DNA of 64,000 bases from Dehalococcoidia bacterium (lineage in GTDB: Bacteria; Chloroflexota; Dehalococcoidia; Lucifugimonadales; GCA-002694895). Made by a program: the position numbers and the translations under genes. This document shows, piece after piece, positions 22,305-33,406 of the stretch (positions within the stretch are counted from its first letter, which is position 1; each line of letters begins with the position of its first letter). The stretch spans positions 6,265-70,264 of the forward strand of contig JBJLGN010000024.1 in NCBI GenBank assembly GCA_045564835.1, written 5' to 3'. The notes beneath the pieces are model-generated. The model had not been told where the DNA came from. It saw nothing but the letters and a program-made list of their open reading frames with translations, and did not search any database.

Positions 22305-23097
22305 TAGACTAGACAAATTATTAGACGCAAATGAAAATATATTAACCCTTTATCTCACATCTGGATATCCTGATAAAAACACATCAAATGATATTGCGAA
22401 AATCTTATTAAAATCAAATATTGATATTTTAGAAATTGGTATACCTTTCAGTGATCCAATAGCAGATGGCCCAACAATCCAAAACACATCATTTAAAGCA
22501 ATCAATTCAATAAATGAACCTATAATAAATTTTACATTTAATACTATCAAAACACTAAGAAAGATTGACAACCAAAAACCTATAATATTAATGAGTTATT
22601 TAAATCTCATATACCAATACGGAATTGAAAATTTTGCCAAACAAGCTAAAATGAACGGCGCAGATGCTGTAGTTATACCAGATTTACCTTTTGATGAATC
22701 TCACAATATCAAATGTGTACTTGATAATAATAATATCCATCTAATTTACATGGTTACACCTACAAGCTCAGATGAAACAATATCTAAAATTAGTAAAAAT
22801 GCCAAAGGGTTTATATACTATGTGAGTTCAACAGGCGTAACTGGATCAAGAGAAACGATATCTGATAAAAACTTTGATAATATAAATAAAATAAAAAAAA
22901 TATCTAAAATACCAATTTTAATTGGATTTGGTATATCAACTAAAGATCATATAAAACAGATAAAGCCTTGGGCAAATGGCGTAATCATAGCAAGTGCACT
23001 AATTAATGAAATAAATTCTGTATTTGAAGACAAGGAGTACAGTAAAGAAAAATTAAATAATTACATAAACAATTTTGTAAACAATTTAAGAGATTAA
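22288..23097 (+). CDS. trpA: Tryptophan synthase alpha chain
   Basis: 269 aa. Motifs are EIGIPFSDPIADGPTIQ, YYVSSTGVTG and GFGIS. Confidence 0.85.
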   Translation: MKNMSNRLDKLLDANENILTLYLTSGYPDKNTSNDIAKILLKSNIDILEIGIPFSDPIADGPTIQNTSFKAINSINEPIINFTFNTIKTLRKIDNQKPIILMSYLNLIYQYGIENFAKQAKMNGADAVVIPDLPFDESHNIKCVLDNNNIHLIYMVTPTSSDETISKISKNAKGFIYYVSSTGVTGSRETISDKNFDNINKIKKISKIPILIGFGISTKDHIKQIKPWANGVIIASALINEINSVFEDKEYSKEKLNNYINNFVNNLRD

Positions 23098-23098
23098 A

Positions 23099-23494
23099 AT
23101 GATTAAATATATAAAAAATATTACTGGAATATTCAAAAGTGACAACATTCTATCTGTTAGGGGAGCCACTACAATCCCGTTAGATTCAAAAAGTGAAATT
23201 GAAGATAAAACAACAACCCTATTAAATGCAATTATTGATTTAAATAATATTAAAAAAAACAAAATATTATTTATTATTTTCTCCACAACTAATGACATCA
23301 AAGCTTGTTATCCTGCTACTGTAGCTAGAACAAAACTTAAGTTAATGAATACAGCCCTATTTAGTACTGAAGAGCCTAAAATGAACGGGTCACTCGAAAA
23401 ATGTATTAGAGTGTTACTAGTATATAAAGATACTGCAAGTAAAAAATTACCTGAATACGTATACCAAGAAGGTGCAAAAAATCTACGTAATTAA
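23099..23494 (+). CDS. aroH: Chorismate mutase, AroH type
   Basis: 131 aa with the VRGATT signature near the N-terminus and the size typical of the AroH class. Confidence 0.65.
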   Translation: MIKYIKNITGIFKSDNILSVRGATTIPLDSKSEIEDKTTTLLNAIIDLNNIKKNKILFIIFSTTNDIKACYPATVARTKLKLMNTALFSTEEPKMNGSLEKCIRVLLVYKDTASKKLPEYVYQEGAKNLRN

Positions 23495-23633
23495 ACACCA
23501 AAAAATCTCAAACTATACTCCAAAAGTATATTAAATTTATCATTAAATATAATACAATATTTCCTGTTGCAACAATAGAAAGTCTTTTTATGAATTTCTA
23601 TTCTATAATTATAAATCCTTGGATAGCTAGCAA

Positions 23634-24686
23634 ATGAATAAGTATAACGAAAATATACACAATGTAAATCTTGAATACATAAAACCGTTATATACTCCTG
23701 AAAAATTTATGAATATGGTACCTGTAAAACCCGAACAAATTCATACTGTTTTTCAATCCAGGAAAGAAATAGGTGATATTATTAATGAAACTTCAGATAA
23801 ATTTTTAATATTAGTAGGGCCGTGTTCTATCCATGATGTTCAAGCTTGCCTTGAGTACGCAAATAAACTCAAGACTTTGTCCGACCAAGTTAGCAATAAA
23901 ATAATGATTGTTATGCGTACGTACTTCGAAAAGCCAAGAACCACAACAGGATGGAAAGGATTTATAAATGATCCAAATTTAAATGATTCATTTGATGTAC
24001 ACGAAGGCTTGAAAAAAGCTAGAGGATTCCTAAATCAAATTCTGCATATTGGATTACCTACTGCTACAGAATTTTTGGATCCGTTTATGCCACAGTATTA
24101 TGGTGACTTAATTTCGTGGGGGGCAATTGGAGCAAGAACAGTTGAAAGTCAAACCCACAGACAATTATCTAGTGGGTTAAGTATGCCAATTGGCTTCAAA
24201 AATGGAACAGGAGGATCAGTTCAAATAGCTATTGATGCAATTATTGCTGCTAAAAATCAACATGTATTCCTTGGAATTGATGAAAAAGGGCAAACATCTG
24301 TCGTGAAAACAAATGGTAACAATTATGGGCATTTAATTCTTAGAGGTGGCAAAACAGGGCCTAACTACGATAGTGAGTCTGTGAAATCTGCTGTTAGTAG
24401 CTTAGTTGAAAATGAATTGGACCCTAAATTAGTAATTGATTGTTCTCATGGTAATTCAAATAAAGATCACAGGAACCAATCAAAAGTATTCAAATCGATC
24501 ATAGATCAAAAAACAAGTGGCCAAAATGCAATCTTTGGTGTAATGCTAGAAAGTCATCTTAATCCAGGTAGTCAAAGTATTCCTTCAAATCCAGAAGATT
24601 TAAAGTACGGAGTTTCGGTCACAGACGAATGCATAGGATGGGAGGAAACTGAAAATCTGATAAAATGGGCATATAACGAGCTCTAA
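23634..24686 (+). CDS. aroG: 3-deoxy-7-phosphoheptulonate (DAHP) synthase, class I
   Basis: 350 aa. Motifs are LVGPCSIHD, MRTYFEKPRTTTGWKG and IDCSHGNS. Which isozyme (F/G/H) it is cannot be told. Confidence 0.85.
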   Translation: MNKYNENIHNVNLEYIKPLYTPEKFMNMVPVKPEQIHTVFQSRKEIGDIINETSDKFLILVGPCSIHDVQACLEYANKLKTLSDQVSNKIMIVMRTYFEKPRTTTGWKGFINDPNLNDSFDVHEGLKKARGFLNQILHIGLPTATEFLDPFMPQYYGDLISWGAIGARTVESQTHRQLSSGLSMPIGFKNGTGGSVQIAIDAIIAAKNQHVFLGIDEKGQTSVVKTNGNNYGHLILRGGKTGPNYDSESVKSAVSSLVENELDPKLVIDCSHGNSNKDHRNQSKVFKSIIDQKTSGQNAIFGVMLESHLNPGSQSIPSNPEDLKYGVSVTDECIGWEETENLIKWAYNEL

Positions 24687-24706
24687 TTCAAATATCAATA
24701 ATTATA

Positions 24707-25654
24707 ATGCAGTCAATTCATTACGTAAAAAATGTAAATGATTTAAAAAAAATATCAAATAATAAAAATCATGTTGTTACCATAGGCGTTTTTGATGGGG
24801 TTCATGAAGGCCATCAAAGTTTAATTTCCCAAGCTATAAAAAAAGGTATTGAACAAAATCTTAAATCATCATTAATCACTTTTCAGAATTCGCCCTATCA
24901 TCATATTAAAAATTTAGACGATAGTAATTTTTATCTAACTACTGTCGACGAAAAAAAATCCATCTTAAAAAAACTAGACTTAGATCAAGTTATATTAATT
25001 GAATTCAATGATAGTATCAATAAAACTTCTGCACATGAATTTTTAAAAATACTTATGAATAATATAAAAATGAAAAGATTAGTTGTTGGCCCGGACTTTG
25101 CGCTGGGAAAAGACAGAATTGGAGACATTAATTTTTTAACTCAGAACCAAAAATCTTTTGACTACGAGTTGTCTGTTGCGAATTCTGTTAAAAAAGGTAC
25201 TGAAATTATTAGCAGTACAAAAATAAAAAAACTGATAATCTCTGGTGAAATGGAGTCTGCAAATTCTTATCTTGGAAAACCATATAACATCAGAGGTGAA
25301 ATAACAAGAGGAAAAGGAAGAGGAAAAGAATTAAATATGCCTACCGCAAATCTTGATTATAATCTCAAAAAAATTCTTCCTAAAGATGGAGTATATTCGT
25401 GCAAACTAAAATTTAAAGAAAAAAACTACTTAGGTGCTTTAAGTATTGGCAACAACCCCACGTTTGGTAATAGCAATAATAAAAGTGTTGAAGTTCATAT
25501 AATTGATTTTAATGACGATATTTATGGTGATTCCATTAATATTAAAATTTACAAACATATGAGAGATCAAATACAATACGTTAATATTGATTCACTTATG
25601 AATCAAATGCAACATGATTTAATTAATATTCGCAATTATTTTAAAAATGGATAA
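24707..25654 (+). CDS. ribF: Bifunctional riboflavin kinase / FMN adenylyltransferase
   Basis: 315 aa. N-terminal motif GVFDGVHEGHQ and C-terminal kinase motifs G.GRGKELN.PTANL and FGN. Confidence 0.85.
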   Translation: MQSIHYVKNVNDLKKISNNKNHVVTIGVFDGVHEGHQSLISQAIKKGIEQNLKSSLITFQNSPYHHIKNLDDSNFYLTTVDEKKSILKKLDLDQVILIEFNDSINKTSAHEFLKILMNNIKMKRLVVGPDFALGKDRIGDINFLTQNQKSFDYELSVANSVKKGTEIISSTKIKKLIISGEMESANSYLGKPYNIRGEITRGKGRGKELNMPTANLDYNLKKILPKDGVYSCKLKFKEKNYLGALSIGNNPTFGNSNNKSVEVHIIDFNDDIYGDSINIKIYKHMRDQIQYVNIDSLMNQMQHDLINIRNYFKNG

Positions 25655-26840
25655 ATTAATAAATAAAATCTTAACTAGAGGTGTTGAAGAAATAATACCA
25701 AAAGAAGAATTTATAGAAAATTTAAACAAGAATAAAAATTTGAGACTTAAGATGGGATTCGATCCTAGTGCACCTGATATACATTTGGGGCACTCTGTTG
25801 GATTAAGAAAACTAAGACAACTTCAAGATTTAGGACACACTGTAGTATTAATTGTAGCTGACTGGACAGCGCAAATCGGCGACCCTAGTGGTAGATCAGA
25901 TACAAGACCCATGCTCACCTATGATGAAGTTAAATATAATGCAGAAACATATCTAAAGCAGTTTTTCAAAATCGTTGATAAATCTAAAACTGAAATACGA
26001 TGGCAATCCGAATGGTACGGGGAGTTTAAACTAAAAAATATTATTAACCTTACAAGTAAATTCACCATAGCTCAATTTTTAGCACGAGATGATTTTTCAA
26101 AAAGATTTAAAGCTAATCACCCAATAACTATAACTGAATTTTTATATCCGATACTTCAGGCATATGATTCGGTTGTTATTAAATCTGATGTTGAATTTGG
26201 AGGAACTGATCAAAAATTCAACTTACTCGTTGGTAGAGATTTGCAACAAAAAGAAAATCAAAAACCTCAACAGTGCTTTTTGGTACAAATTATTCCAGGA
26301 ACTGACGGTAAAAGAAAAATGAGTAAAAGCTTAAATAACTATATAGGCGTTACTGAATCACCTGCTGAAATTTATGGAAAATTAATGTCAATACCTGATG
26401 ATTTAGTTAAGTTATACATGCTTTGCCTGACTGATATAAAAGACAGTTTAATCTCAGATTTCGAAAATAGCTTGAATGATTCGAATGGAAACCCAATGGA
26501 ATATAAAAAATTATTAGCTCATGATATTGTTACTCAATACTATAATGCTGAAGATGCGAATTTGGCTGAGGAACATTTTCGAAAATCAGTACAAGAAAAA
26601 ATTGTTACTTATGAAAGAATACAAATTGATATCAACGATTTCAAAACTGATGAAAAATTAAGTAAATTATTAATTAACAAAAATATTGTTTCAAGTAATT
26701 CGGAATTCAAAAGATTACTCAAACAAAATGGTGTAAAATTAAACGGCGGATTAATATCAGAAGATGTATTAATATCAAAAATTAATTCTGATGACAAAAT
26801 AAGCATAGGTAAACGAACAAATATTCAAATAATTATTTAA
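25647..26840 (+). CDS. tyrS: Tyrosyl-tRNA synthetase
   Basis: 397 aa with HIGH-like PDIHLGH, KMSKS and a C-terminal S4-like domain. It overlaps ribF by 8 nt. Confidence 0.9.
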   Translation: MDKLINKILTRGVEEIIPKEEFIENLNKNKNLRLKMGFDPSAPDIHLGHSVGLRKLRQLQDLGHTVVLIVADWTAQIGDPSGRSDTRPMLTYDEVKYNAETYLKQFFKIVDKSKTEIRWQSEWYGEFKLKNIINLTSKFTIAQFLARDDFSKRFKANHPITITEFLYPILQAYDSVVIKSDVEFGGTDQKFNLLVGRDLQQKENQKPQQCFLVQIIPGTDGKRKMSKSLNNYIGVTESPAEIYGKLMSIPDDLVKLYMLCLTDIKDSLISDFENSLNDSNGNPMEYKKLLAHDIVTQYYNAEDANLAEEHFRKSVQEKIVTYERIQIDINDFKTDEKLSKLLINKNIVSSNSEFKRLLKQNGVKLNGGLISEDVLISKINSDDKISIGKRTNIQIII

Positions 26841-26843
26841 ATA

Positions 26844-27947
26844 ATGCAAAAATACCTTTCAGATATAAATGAAACTAATCTTAGATTGCCAGGACCAGTG
26901 CCTGTCCCTACAGACATACTAAACGAACAATCAAAGCCTTTAATTAACCACAGGGGTAAAGATTATTCAATTCTACTTGATAGCTGCACTGCTAAATTAA
27001 AAAAAATTTTTTCTACCAATAATGATATATATATAGCTACGTGTTCTGGAACTGGTGTGATGGAAGCTTCTATATCAAATTTCTTGTCAGCAGGTGACGA
27101 AATAATTGTTGCTTCAGTGGGTTGGTTTGGTGATAGGTTTTCTGAAATCGCAAATGCATATAATATTAAAGTTAGGAATTTAAATTTTAACCATGGAGAT
27201 AGCATTGACATCGAATTATTAGAGGAATGCATCAAATCATATCCAAATGCTAAAGCACTATATGTAACTCATAACGAAACTTCAACTGGAGTTCAAAACA
27301 ATCTTGAATCTATATCTGAAGTTATAAAAAAACACCCTCTTCTATTTGTTGTAGACGGAATTAGTAGTGTAGCATCAGTTCCCTGCGACACAGATAAGCT
27401 TGGAATAGATGTGTTAATATCTGCATCGCAAAAGGGATGGGTAACTCCTCCAGGTTTGGCTTTTATTTCTGTTAGTAAAAAAGCTTGGAAATACCATGAA
27501 ACTTCAAATTGTCCAAAATATTATTTTGATATTTCTCAATATAAAAACTATTTAGATAAAGGGCAACCTCCTTTTACGCCAGCAATAGGAGTTATGTACT
27601 CTCTTGATAAAGCTTTAGATTTATTATTAGAAGAAACTATGCCCAAAGTATACGAAAGGCATAAAAAAGTAGCTGATCAAATAAGAACAAAATTAGCTGA
27701 AATTGGCTTTGAATTATTCCCATCAAATGAATCTTTTGCCTCAGATACTCTGACAGCTGTAAAAATACCTAATGGTTTATCTACTAAAGATATAATAAGC
27801 AAACTTGAAAAAGACCATAATGTTATTATTTCAGCAGGGCAAGGAAACTTAAGTAATAAAATTCTCAGAATTGGCCACTTAGGATTGGTATCTGATAAAG
27901 AAATTGACTGGCTTTTAGAATCATTAATTCAGGTAATAAAGAAATAA
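26844..27947 (+). CDS. Class V aminotransferase (serine-pyruvate / alanine-glyoxylate type)
   Basis: 367 aa. The PLP-lysine context is SASQKGW. It is colinear with the AGXT/SgaA family and sits directly upstream of gcvT. Confidence 0.7.
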   Translation: MQKYLSDINETNLRLPGPVPVPTDILNEQSKPLINHRGKDYSILLDSCTAKLKKIFSTNNDIYIATCSGTGVMEASISNFLSAGDEIIVASVGWFGDRFSEIANAYNIKVRNLNFNHGDSIDIELLEECIKSYPNAKALYVTHNETSTGVQNNLESISEVIKKHPLLFVVDGISSVASVPCDTDKLGIDVLISASQKGWVTPPGLAFISVSKKAWKYHETSNCPKYYFDISQYKNYLDKGQPPFTPAIGVMYSLDKALDLLLEETMPKVYERHKKVADQIRTKLAEIGFELFPSNESFASDTLTAVKIPNGLSTKDIISKLEKDHNVIISAGQGNLSNKILRIGHLGLVSDKEIDWLLESLIQVIKK

Positions 27948-27948
27948 A

Positions 27949-29043
27949 ATGGATAATTTATTGAAAACACAATTATATGAAACACACAATGCATCTGGCG
28001 CTAGAATGGTTCCTTTTGCAGGATGGGAAATGCCAATACAGTACTCATCTATTATTAATGAGTGTAATGCTGTAAGAAATAAAGCTGGGATTTTTGATGT
28101 TTCTCATATGGGGAGATTCATGGTCAAAGGAAAAGACGCATCTTTAGCTTTAGATAAAATTTTAAGTGTTGACCCTGCTTTAATCGAAATAGGTCAAGGG
28201 AAATATAACCTTATATGTGATACAAACGGAGGAGTAATTGATGATTGCATAGTATACAAAATGTCTGACACTAAATTCCTTTTAATACCCAATGCATCTA
28301 ATGCAGACTCTGTACACGAATGGCTCAATATTAATACTACTGGATTAGAATACCAAGTAGAAGTAATAACATCAAAATCAACTATGATAGCATTGCAGGG
28401 ACCTGAATCAAGAAATATTTTAGCTTCATCCTTACCAGAAATAACAACAATCAAGAGATTTAGATTTATTGAACATACTCTAAAATCTACAAATATGATT
28501 ATTTGCAGAACAGGATATACAGGAGAAGATGGTTACGAAATAATTTTAGACAATTCAATAGCAGTTGAATTTTGGGATTTGCTAAAAACTAACGGGGCTT
28601 CTGAGTGTGGATTGGGTGCAAGAGACGTATTAAGACTAGAAGCTGCTTTGCCACTTCATGGAAACGAAATTACAAAGGAAACTAACCCATTTGAAGCTAA
28701 ATTAGGCATGTTTGTCCAATTAGATAGAAACAATTATATATCGAACGATATACTCACTAAAATCAAATCCAACGAACAAAACAAAAAATTAGTTGGATTT
28801 GAAATTCAAGGAAGAAATATTGCAAGATCTCATAATAAAATTCTAGATGATAAAGACAATTTGATTGGAGAAGTGACTAGTGGGTCATTTTCTCCAACAT
28901 TGAATAAAAGTATTGGGTTAGCGTACATAAAAAAAGGTTTTACAGACTCTGATTCTGAAGTTAAAATAAATATACGATCAAAAAATATAACAGCTAAAAT
29001 AATTAAAACACCTTTCTATAAGAGGAGTAAAAATGTATCCTGA
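27949..29043 (+). CDS. gcvT: Glycine cleavage system T protein (aminomethyltransferase)
   Basis: 364 aa. Motifs are FAGWEMPIQY, FDVSHMGR and RTGYTGEDGYEI. Confidence 0.92.
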   Translation: MDNLLKTQLYETHNASGARMVPFAGWEMPIQYSSIINECNAVRNKAGIFDVSHMGRFMVKGKDASLALDKILSVDPALIEIGQGKYNLICDTNGGVIDDCIVYKMSDTKFLLIPNASNADSVHEWLNINTTGLEYQVEVITSKSTMIALQGPESRNILASSLPEITTIKRFRFIEHTLKSTNMIICRTGYTGEDGYEIILDNSIAVEFWDLLKTNGASECGLGARDVLRLEAALPLHGNEITKETNPFEAKLGMFVQLDRNNYISNDILTKIKSNEQNKKLVGFEIQGRNIARSHNKILDDKDNLIGEVTSGSFSPTLNKSIGLAYIKKGFTDSDSEVKINIRSKNITAKIIKTPFYKRSKNVS

Positions 29044-29416
29044 TAACTTAAAATATTCTGAAGAACACGAATGGTTGCTTGAAAATAATGGGATTGCAAC
29101 TGTGGGCATTACTGATTTTGCAGTAGAAAGCCTGGGTGATATAGTATTTATTGAACTCCCAGAGCAAGGGACAGAAATTCAACAATTCACAACCTTTGGT
29201 GAAGTTGAGTCCGTTAAAGCAGCCTCTGAAATTTATACACCAATAAGTGGCGAAATTATCGAAGTAAATGAAAAGCTTGAAACAGAGCCCGAACTACTAA
29301 ATAATTCTCCATACGAAAATGGTTGGTTAATAAAAGTTAAAATATCTGATCCATCAGAAATAGAAAAACTGATGAATTCTAAAGATTATGAAAAATTTGT
29401 AAATAGTAGCGACTAA
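29033..29416 (+). CDS. gcvH: Glycine cleavage system H protein
   Basis: 127 aa. The lipoyl-lysine motif is ESVKAASE, preceded by YSEEHEW. Confidence 0.92.
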   Translation: MYPDNLKYSEEHEWLLENNGIATVGITDFAVESLGDIVFIELPEQGTEIQQFTTFGEVESVKAASEIYTPISGEIIEVNEKLETEPELLNNSPYENGWLIKVKISDPSEIEKLMNSKDYEKFVNSSD

Positions 29417-29492
29417 TCAAAAACAATCTTAAATATTTCTTAATATTGAACTAATATAATTAAATTTAAATTCTTAGGAACATATAAGCATT

Positions 29493-30815
29493 ATGAATAA
29501 AAACTACCAGTCAACATATTCTCCTAACACTACTGAAATTAAAAATGAAATGTTAAAAGAAATAGGAGTAGATTCTTATGAGGAATTATTCATAGATATT
29601 CCTGAAAAACTCAGATTTCCTAATCTTGATTTACCTTCTCCTACATCAGAATTAGACTTAAAAATAGAAATGAACAAGCTTTCTAATAAAAACTCTGTTC
29701 CAGGTGATTTCAGTTCTTTTCTAGGCGCAGGAGCTTACAGGCATTTCATCCCAAGTGTTGTTAGGCAAATAACATCTAGAAGTGAGTTTATGACATCATA
29801 CACACCGTACCAACCTGAAGTTTCGCAAGGAACCTTGCAAGCCCATTTTGAATTTCAAAGTATGGTATGCGAACTTACTGGAATGGAAGCGGCAAATGCA
29901 GGCATGTACGATGGTGCCACAAGTGCTGCGGAGGCTGTGCTTATGGCTTGTAGAATAAATAAAAATTTTACAGTCAATATTGTGGACGGAGTTTCACCTC
30001 TGTACACAGATGTAATTAAAACGCTTACACAAGCTTCTGGCATTAATATAGAACACAAAGACTTAAACACTGTCTTAACGGAATCTATTGACCCTCCATC
30101 ATGTTACGTTGTCCAACAACCAAATTTCTCAGGAGAAATTGAAGATTTTGATAAATTATCAGAAATTTCAAAGCTCAATAATGCTTTGCTTATAGTTATA
30201 ACTGAACCAATGTTTTTGAGTATGTATAAAACACCAAATAATTATGGAGCTGATATAGTAGTTGCTGAAGGCCAACCATTTGGTGTTTCTTTAGCATATG
30301 GAGGTCCATACGCAGGTTTGTTTGCTTGTAAAAAGAAATACCTTAGACAACTTCCCGGTAGAATTGTTGGACAAACTGTAGATAAAGACAATGAGAAAGG
30401 ATACGTACTAACACTCCAAACTAGAGAACAGCATATAAAAAGGGATAGAGCAACTTCTAATATATGTACTTCTGTGGGGCTCATTGCATTAATGTCTACT
30501 GTATACATGGCACTTCAAGGTAAAATGGGATTAAAATATTTGTCTGAGCTTTGCTATCACAAAGCTCACTATGCTGCAAAAAAAATATCTCAATTAGAAG
30601 GGTATGAAATAGTAAATAGTAATTTTTATAAAGAATTTACTGTTAAATGTCCTAAGCCTGTTAAGGAAATAAATTCATATCTTCATGAAAATAAAATTAT
30701 TGGAGGATATGATATCTCAAGCAAATCACAAGACCACATGCTTATTTCATTTACAGAAATGAATTCGAAAGAAGAAATTGACAACTTAATAAATCTATTA
30801 TCAAAAATAAAATAA
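29493..30815 (+). CDS. gcvPA: Glycine dehydrogenase (decarboxylating) subunit 1
   Basis: 440 aa with TSYTPYQPEVSQG. It is followed by subunit 2. Confidence 0.9.
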   Translation: MNKNYQSTYSPNTTEIKNEMLKEIGVDSYEELFIDIPEKLRFPNLDLPSPTSELDLKIEMNKLSNKNSVPGDFSSFLGAGAYRHFIPSVVRQITSRSEFMTSYTPYQPEVSQGTLQAHFEFQSMVCELTGMEAANAGMYDGATSAAEAVLMACRINKNFTVNIVDGVSPLYTDVIKTLTQASGINIEHKDLNTVLTESIDPPSCYVVQQPNFSGEIEDFDKLSEISKLNNALLIVITEPMFLSMYKTPNNYGADIVVAEGQPFGVSLAYGGPYAGLFACKKKYLRQLPGRIVGQTVDKDNEKGYVLTLQTREQHIKRDRATSNICTSVGLIALMSTVYMALQGKMGLKYLSELCYHKAHYAAKKISQLEGYEIVNSNFYKEFTVKCPKPVKEINSYLHENKIIGGYDISSKSQDHMLISFTEMNSKEEIDNLINLLSKIK

Positions 30816-30824
30816 AAAATTAAT

Positions 30825-32288
30825 ATGAATAAAATAAGTAAAAGAAAATTATTGTTTGACCAAAGTATAAAAGGGAAAGTAGGAACGACATGGCCATCCT
30901 TAGATATTCCGGAGCAAAAATTACCAAACTCAGATGAATTACGAGAAGAAATAACTATGCCAGAAGTATCAGAAAATGAAATTGTGAGGTATTTTTCTTC
31001 TATTAGCCAAATGAATTTTTCGATTGACCATAATTTTTACCCCTTAGGGAGTTGCACTATGAAGTACAACCCTAAATTAAATGATGACATAGCCGCTCTA
31101 CCAGGGTTCAATGAAATTCATCCTCTTCAAAATACAGGAACGACACAAGGTGCCCTTGAGCTCATGCATCATCTTCAAATTTTATTAGCCGAAATAACTG
31201 GGATGGCTGGTACATCTTTGGCTCCTATGGCTGGAGCTGAAGCAGAATTAGCAGGAATGTTAATGATAAGAGCATACCATATTAACAAGGAAGATTTTAA
31301 AAGAAAAAAAGTAATTATCCCAGATAGCGCACATGGAACAAATCCTGCATCTGCAGTAATGGCTGGATTTGAAGTTGTCAGTATTCCCACAGACGAAAAC
31401 GGAAATACTGACTTAGACGCTTTAAAAAGTGTAGTCGACGAAACAACAGCGGGACTAATGCTTACACAACCAAGTACCATTGGACTATTTGATACAAATA
31501 TATTAGAGATTGTGAAAATAATTAATGAAAATGGTGGCTTAATATATGGAGACGGCGCAAATTTAAATGCAATACTAGGAAAAGTTAAACCCGGAGAAAT
31601 TGGATTTGATGTTATTCATTCAAATTTGCATAAAACATTCACACAGCCACATGGCGGTGGTGGACCTGGAGCTGGTGCAGTCATGGTTAGCCAAAGACTT
31701 GTAGAATTTTTACCAGACCCTGTTGTAACAAAAAACAATAGTGAATTTAATTTTACTAAACCTGCTAAATCAATTGGTAAAATGGGTGCATTTCATGGTA
31801 ATTTTGGTGCTTTAGTTAGAGCATATGCTTACATTAGAACTTTAGGAAAAGAAGGAATAAGTAGCATTAGCGAAGATGCTGTAATAAATGCAAATTATTT
31901 AAGAATAAAACTTCAGGACACGTTAGATTTACCATATGATCGAATTTGTAGTCACGAAGTTGTTTTTTCAGCAAAATCGATAAAAGAAAAATTTGGAGTT
32001 AATGCTTTAGACATCGCAAAAAGATTAATAGATTATAATATTCATCCTCCAACAATGTATTTTCCATTAATAGTTGATGAAGCTCTTCTTGTCGAACCAA
32101 CTGAGACTGAATCAAAAGAAACCTTAGACGATTTTATTGATGTAATGAAACAAATAGTAAATGAAGCTGAAACCGAACCTGAACTACTACTAAATGCCCC
32201 TCATAACACGCCAAATAAAAGGTTAAATGAAGCACAAGCTGCTAGGAATCCAAAACTCAGCTGGAGAGACACGCAAATATCTGACTAA
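30825..32288 (+). CDS. gcvPB: Glycine dehydrogenase (decarboxylating) subunit 2
   Basis: 487 aa. The PLP-lysine context is SNLHKTF, followed by PHGGGGPG. Confidence 0.9.
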   Translation: MNKISKRKLLFDQSIKGKVGTTWPSLDIPEQKLPNSDELREEITMPEVSENEIVRYFSSISQMNFSIDHNFYPLGSCTMKYNPKLNDDIAALPGFNEIHPLQNTGTTQGALELMHHLQILLAEITGMAGTSLAPMAGAEAELAGMLMIRAYHINKEDFKRKKVIIPDSAHGTNPASAVMAGFEVVSIPTDENGNTDLDALKSVVDETTAGLMLTQPSTIGLFDTNILEIVKIINENGGLIYGDGANLNAILGKVKPGEIGFDVIHSNLHKTFTQPHGGGGPGAGAVMVSQRLVEFLPDPVVTKNNSEFNFTKPAKSIGKMGAFHGNFGALVRAYAYIRTLGKEGISSISEDAVINANYLRIKLQDTLDLPYDRICSHEVVFSAKSIKEKFGVNALDIAKRLIDYNIHPPTMYFPLIVDEALLVEPTETESKETLDDFIDVMKQIVNEAETEPELLLNAPHNTPNKRLNEAQAARNPKLSWRDTQISD

Positions 32289-33382
32289 AATGTGATGTCT
32301 AGATTATTTATTTTATCTACTATTTTTTTTTGACTTAGGTTTTTGATATTCTTGGAAGCTGAAAGTACTAAATAATTACCAAAAATTTCATCATCAATTA
32401 AATCTTGCATAATTCTTAAATTTTTTGCTTTTTCTGATAACTCTAAATCAGAATTAAAGTAGTTTTCTGCATATTTTTTTATACCTAATTGAATTAGAAA
32501 ATCTGATTGCTTGCCTAAAAACAAATTAGTAAATCCTACTTCATTATGAAAATGGTTTAGCAAATCAAAATTAATGAATGTACTTATATCCGCTTTTTCA
32601 TAGGGATATATATCAAAAGACAAATTTCTATTCTTGATTATTCTAGAATCGGTATTTATATGCTTATTATCACTTAATTGCTTTGTAGTATATCCATAAT
32701 CAAATGAAAGGATTACTCCTGATGACAATCCATTCCATATGTCTTCTATCATATTTTTATATAAAGGAGAATATGTGTATATTTTATTTTCTATCATATA
32801 ATTTTGATCATTAAATGAATAAAAAGGATCATAGTCAATTTCATTTAATTCTTCGTTAATTCCATCATTGATTTTAAATAAAATTTCATGATATTTATTG
32901 TTTTTATATGTTAGTCTTTTAAAAGGAAATGCATCAAAGAGTTCATTGGATATAACAAATCCACTTATATTTTTAACACAAAAAGTATCAGATATAACTA
33001 AATTTAATTCGTAGTCAATATTTAATATATTCTGAAAATTTTTATCAATTATTAAAATATTACATTGTTTTAAAAAATCATTTGCAATAATTGACAATGA
33101 GTTAATTATTTCTTTTATTAAATATAATCCTCCTCCTCCTAATTCAATCAAATGAAAATTTTTAGGCTCTCCCATAGAAATCCAGGAGGAATAAATATAT
33201 CTTGCTAACATATAAGCAAAACTAGAGTGAATCATAGGAGAGGTGTAATAATCGGATTCCCATAAAGACTGATTAGATTTAGAATAATAACCTTTTTTAG
33301 AATCATACAATTTATATTCCATAAATCTATCGTATGAATACAAATTATTATAACTAAATTTATTTGTAAAAATATCGGTCAT
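32285..33382 (-). CDS. SAM-dependent methyltransferase, MidA/NDUFAF7 (DUF185)-like
   Basis: 365 aa. Motifs are DYYTSP, IELGGGGL and a family-like C-terminal half. This is a moderate-confidence family call. Confidence 0.5.
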   Translation of the reverse strand: MTDIFTNKFSYNNLYSYDRFMEYKLYDSKKGYYSKSNQSLWESDYYTSPMIHSSFAYMLARYIYSSWISMGEPKNFHLIELGGGGLYLIKEIINSLSIIANDFLKQCNILIIDKNFQNILNIDYELNLVISDTFCVKNISGFVISNELFDAFPFKRLTYKNNKYHEILFKINDGINEELNEIDYDPFYSFNDQNYMIENKIYTYSPLYKNMIEDIWNGLSSGVILSFDYGYTTKQLSDNKHINTDSRIIKNRNLSFDIYPYEKADISTFINFDLLNHFHNEVGFTNLFLGKQSDFLIQLGIKKYAENYFNSDLELSEKAKNLRIMQDLIDDEIFGNYLVLSASKNIKNLSQKKIVDKINNLDITF

Positions 33383-33406
33383 ACAAAAATCAAATAAAGA
33401 TGTTAA

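Noticed and set aside
23590-23637. 15-codon upstream ORF MNFYSIIINPWIASK containing Phe, Tyr and Trp, whose TGA overlaps the DAHP synthase ATG, as a possible attenuation leader peptide
   Set aside because: There is only one codon of each aromatic amino acid, and these are common in an AT-rich genome. I found no alternative terminator or antiterminator hairpins and only a weak ribosome-binding site. This is probably chance.
26840-27949. Expected glycine riboswitch upstream of gcvT
   Set aside because: There is no intergenic space. gcvT follows the aminotransferase by 1 nt, which follows tyrS by 3 nt. No riboswitch-like structured region is present.
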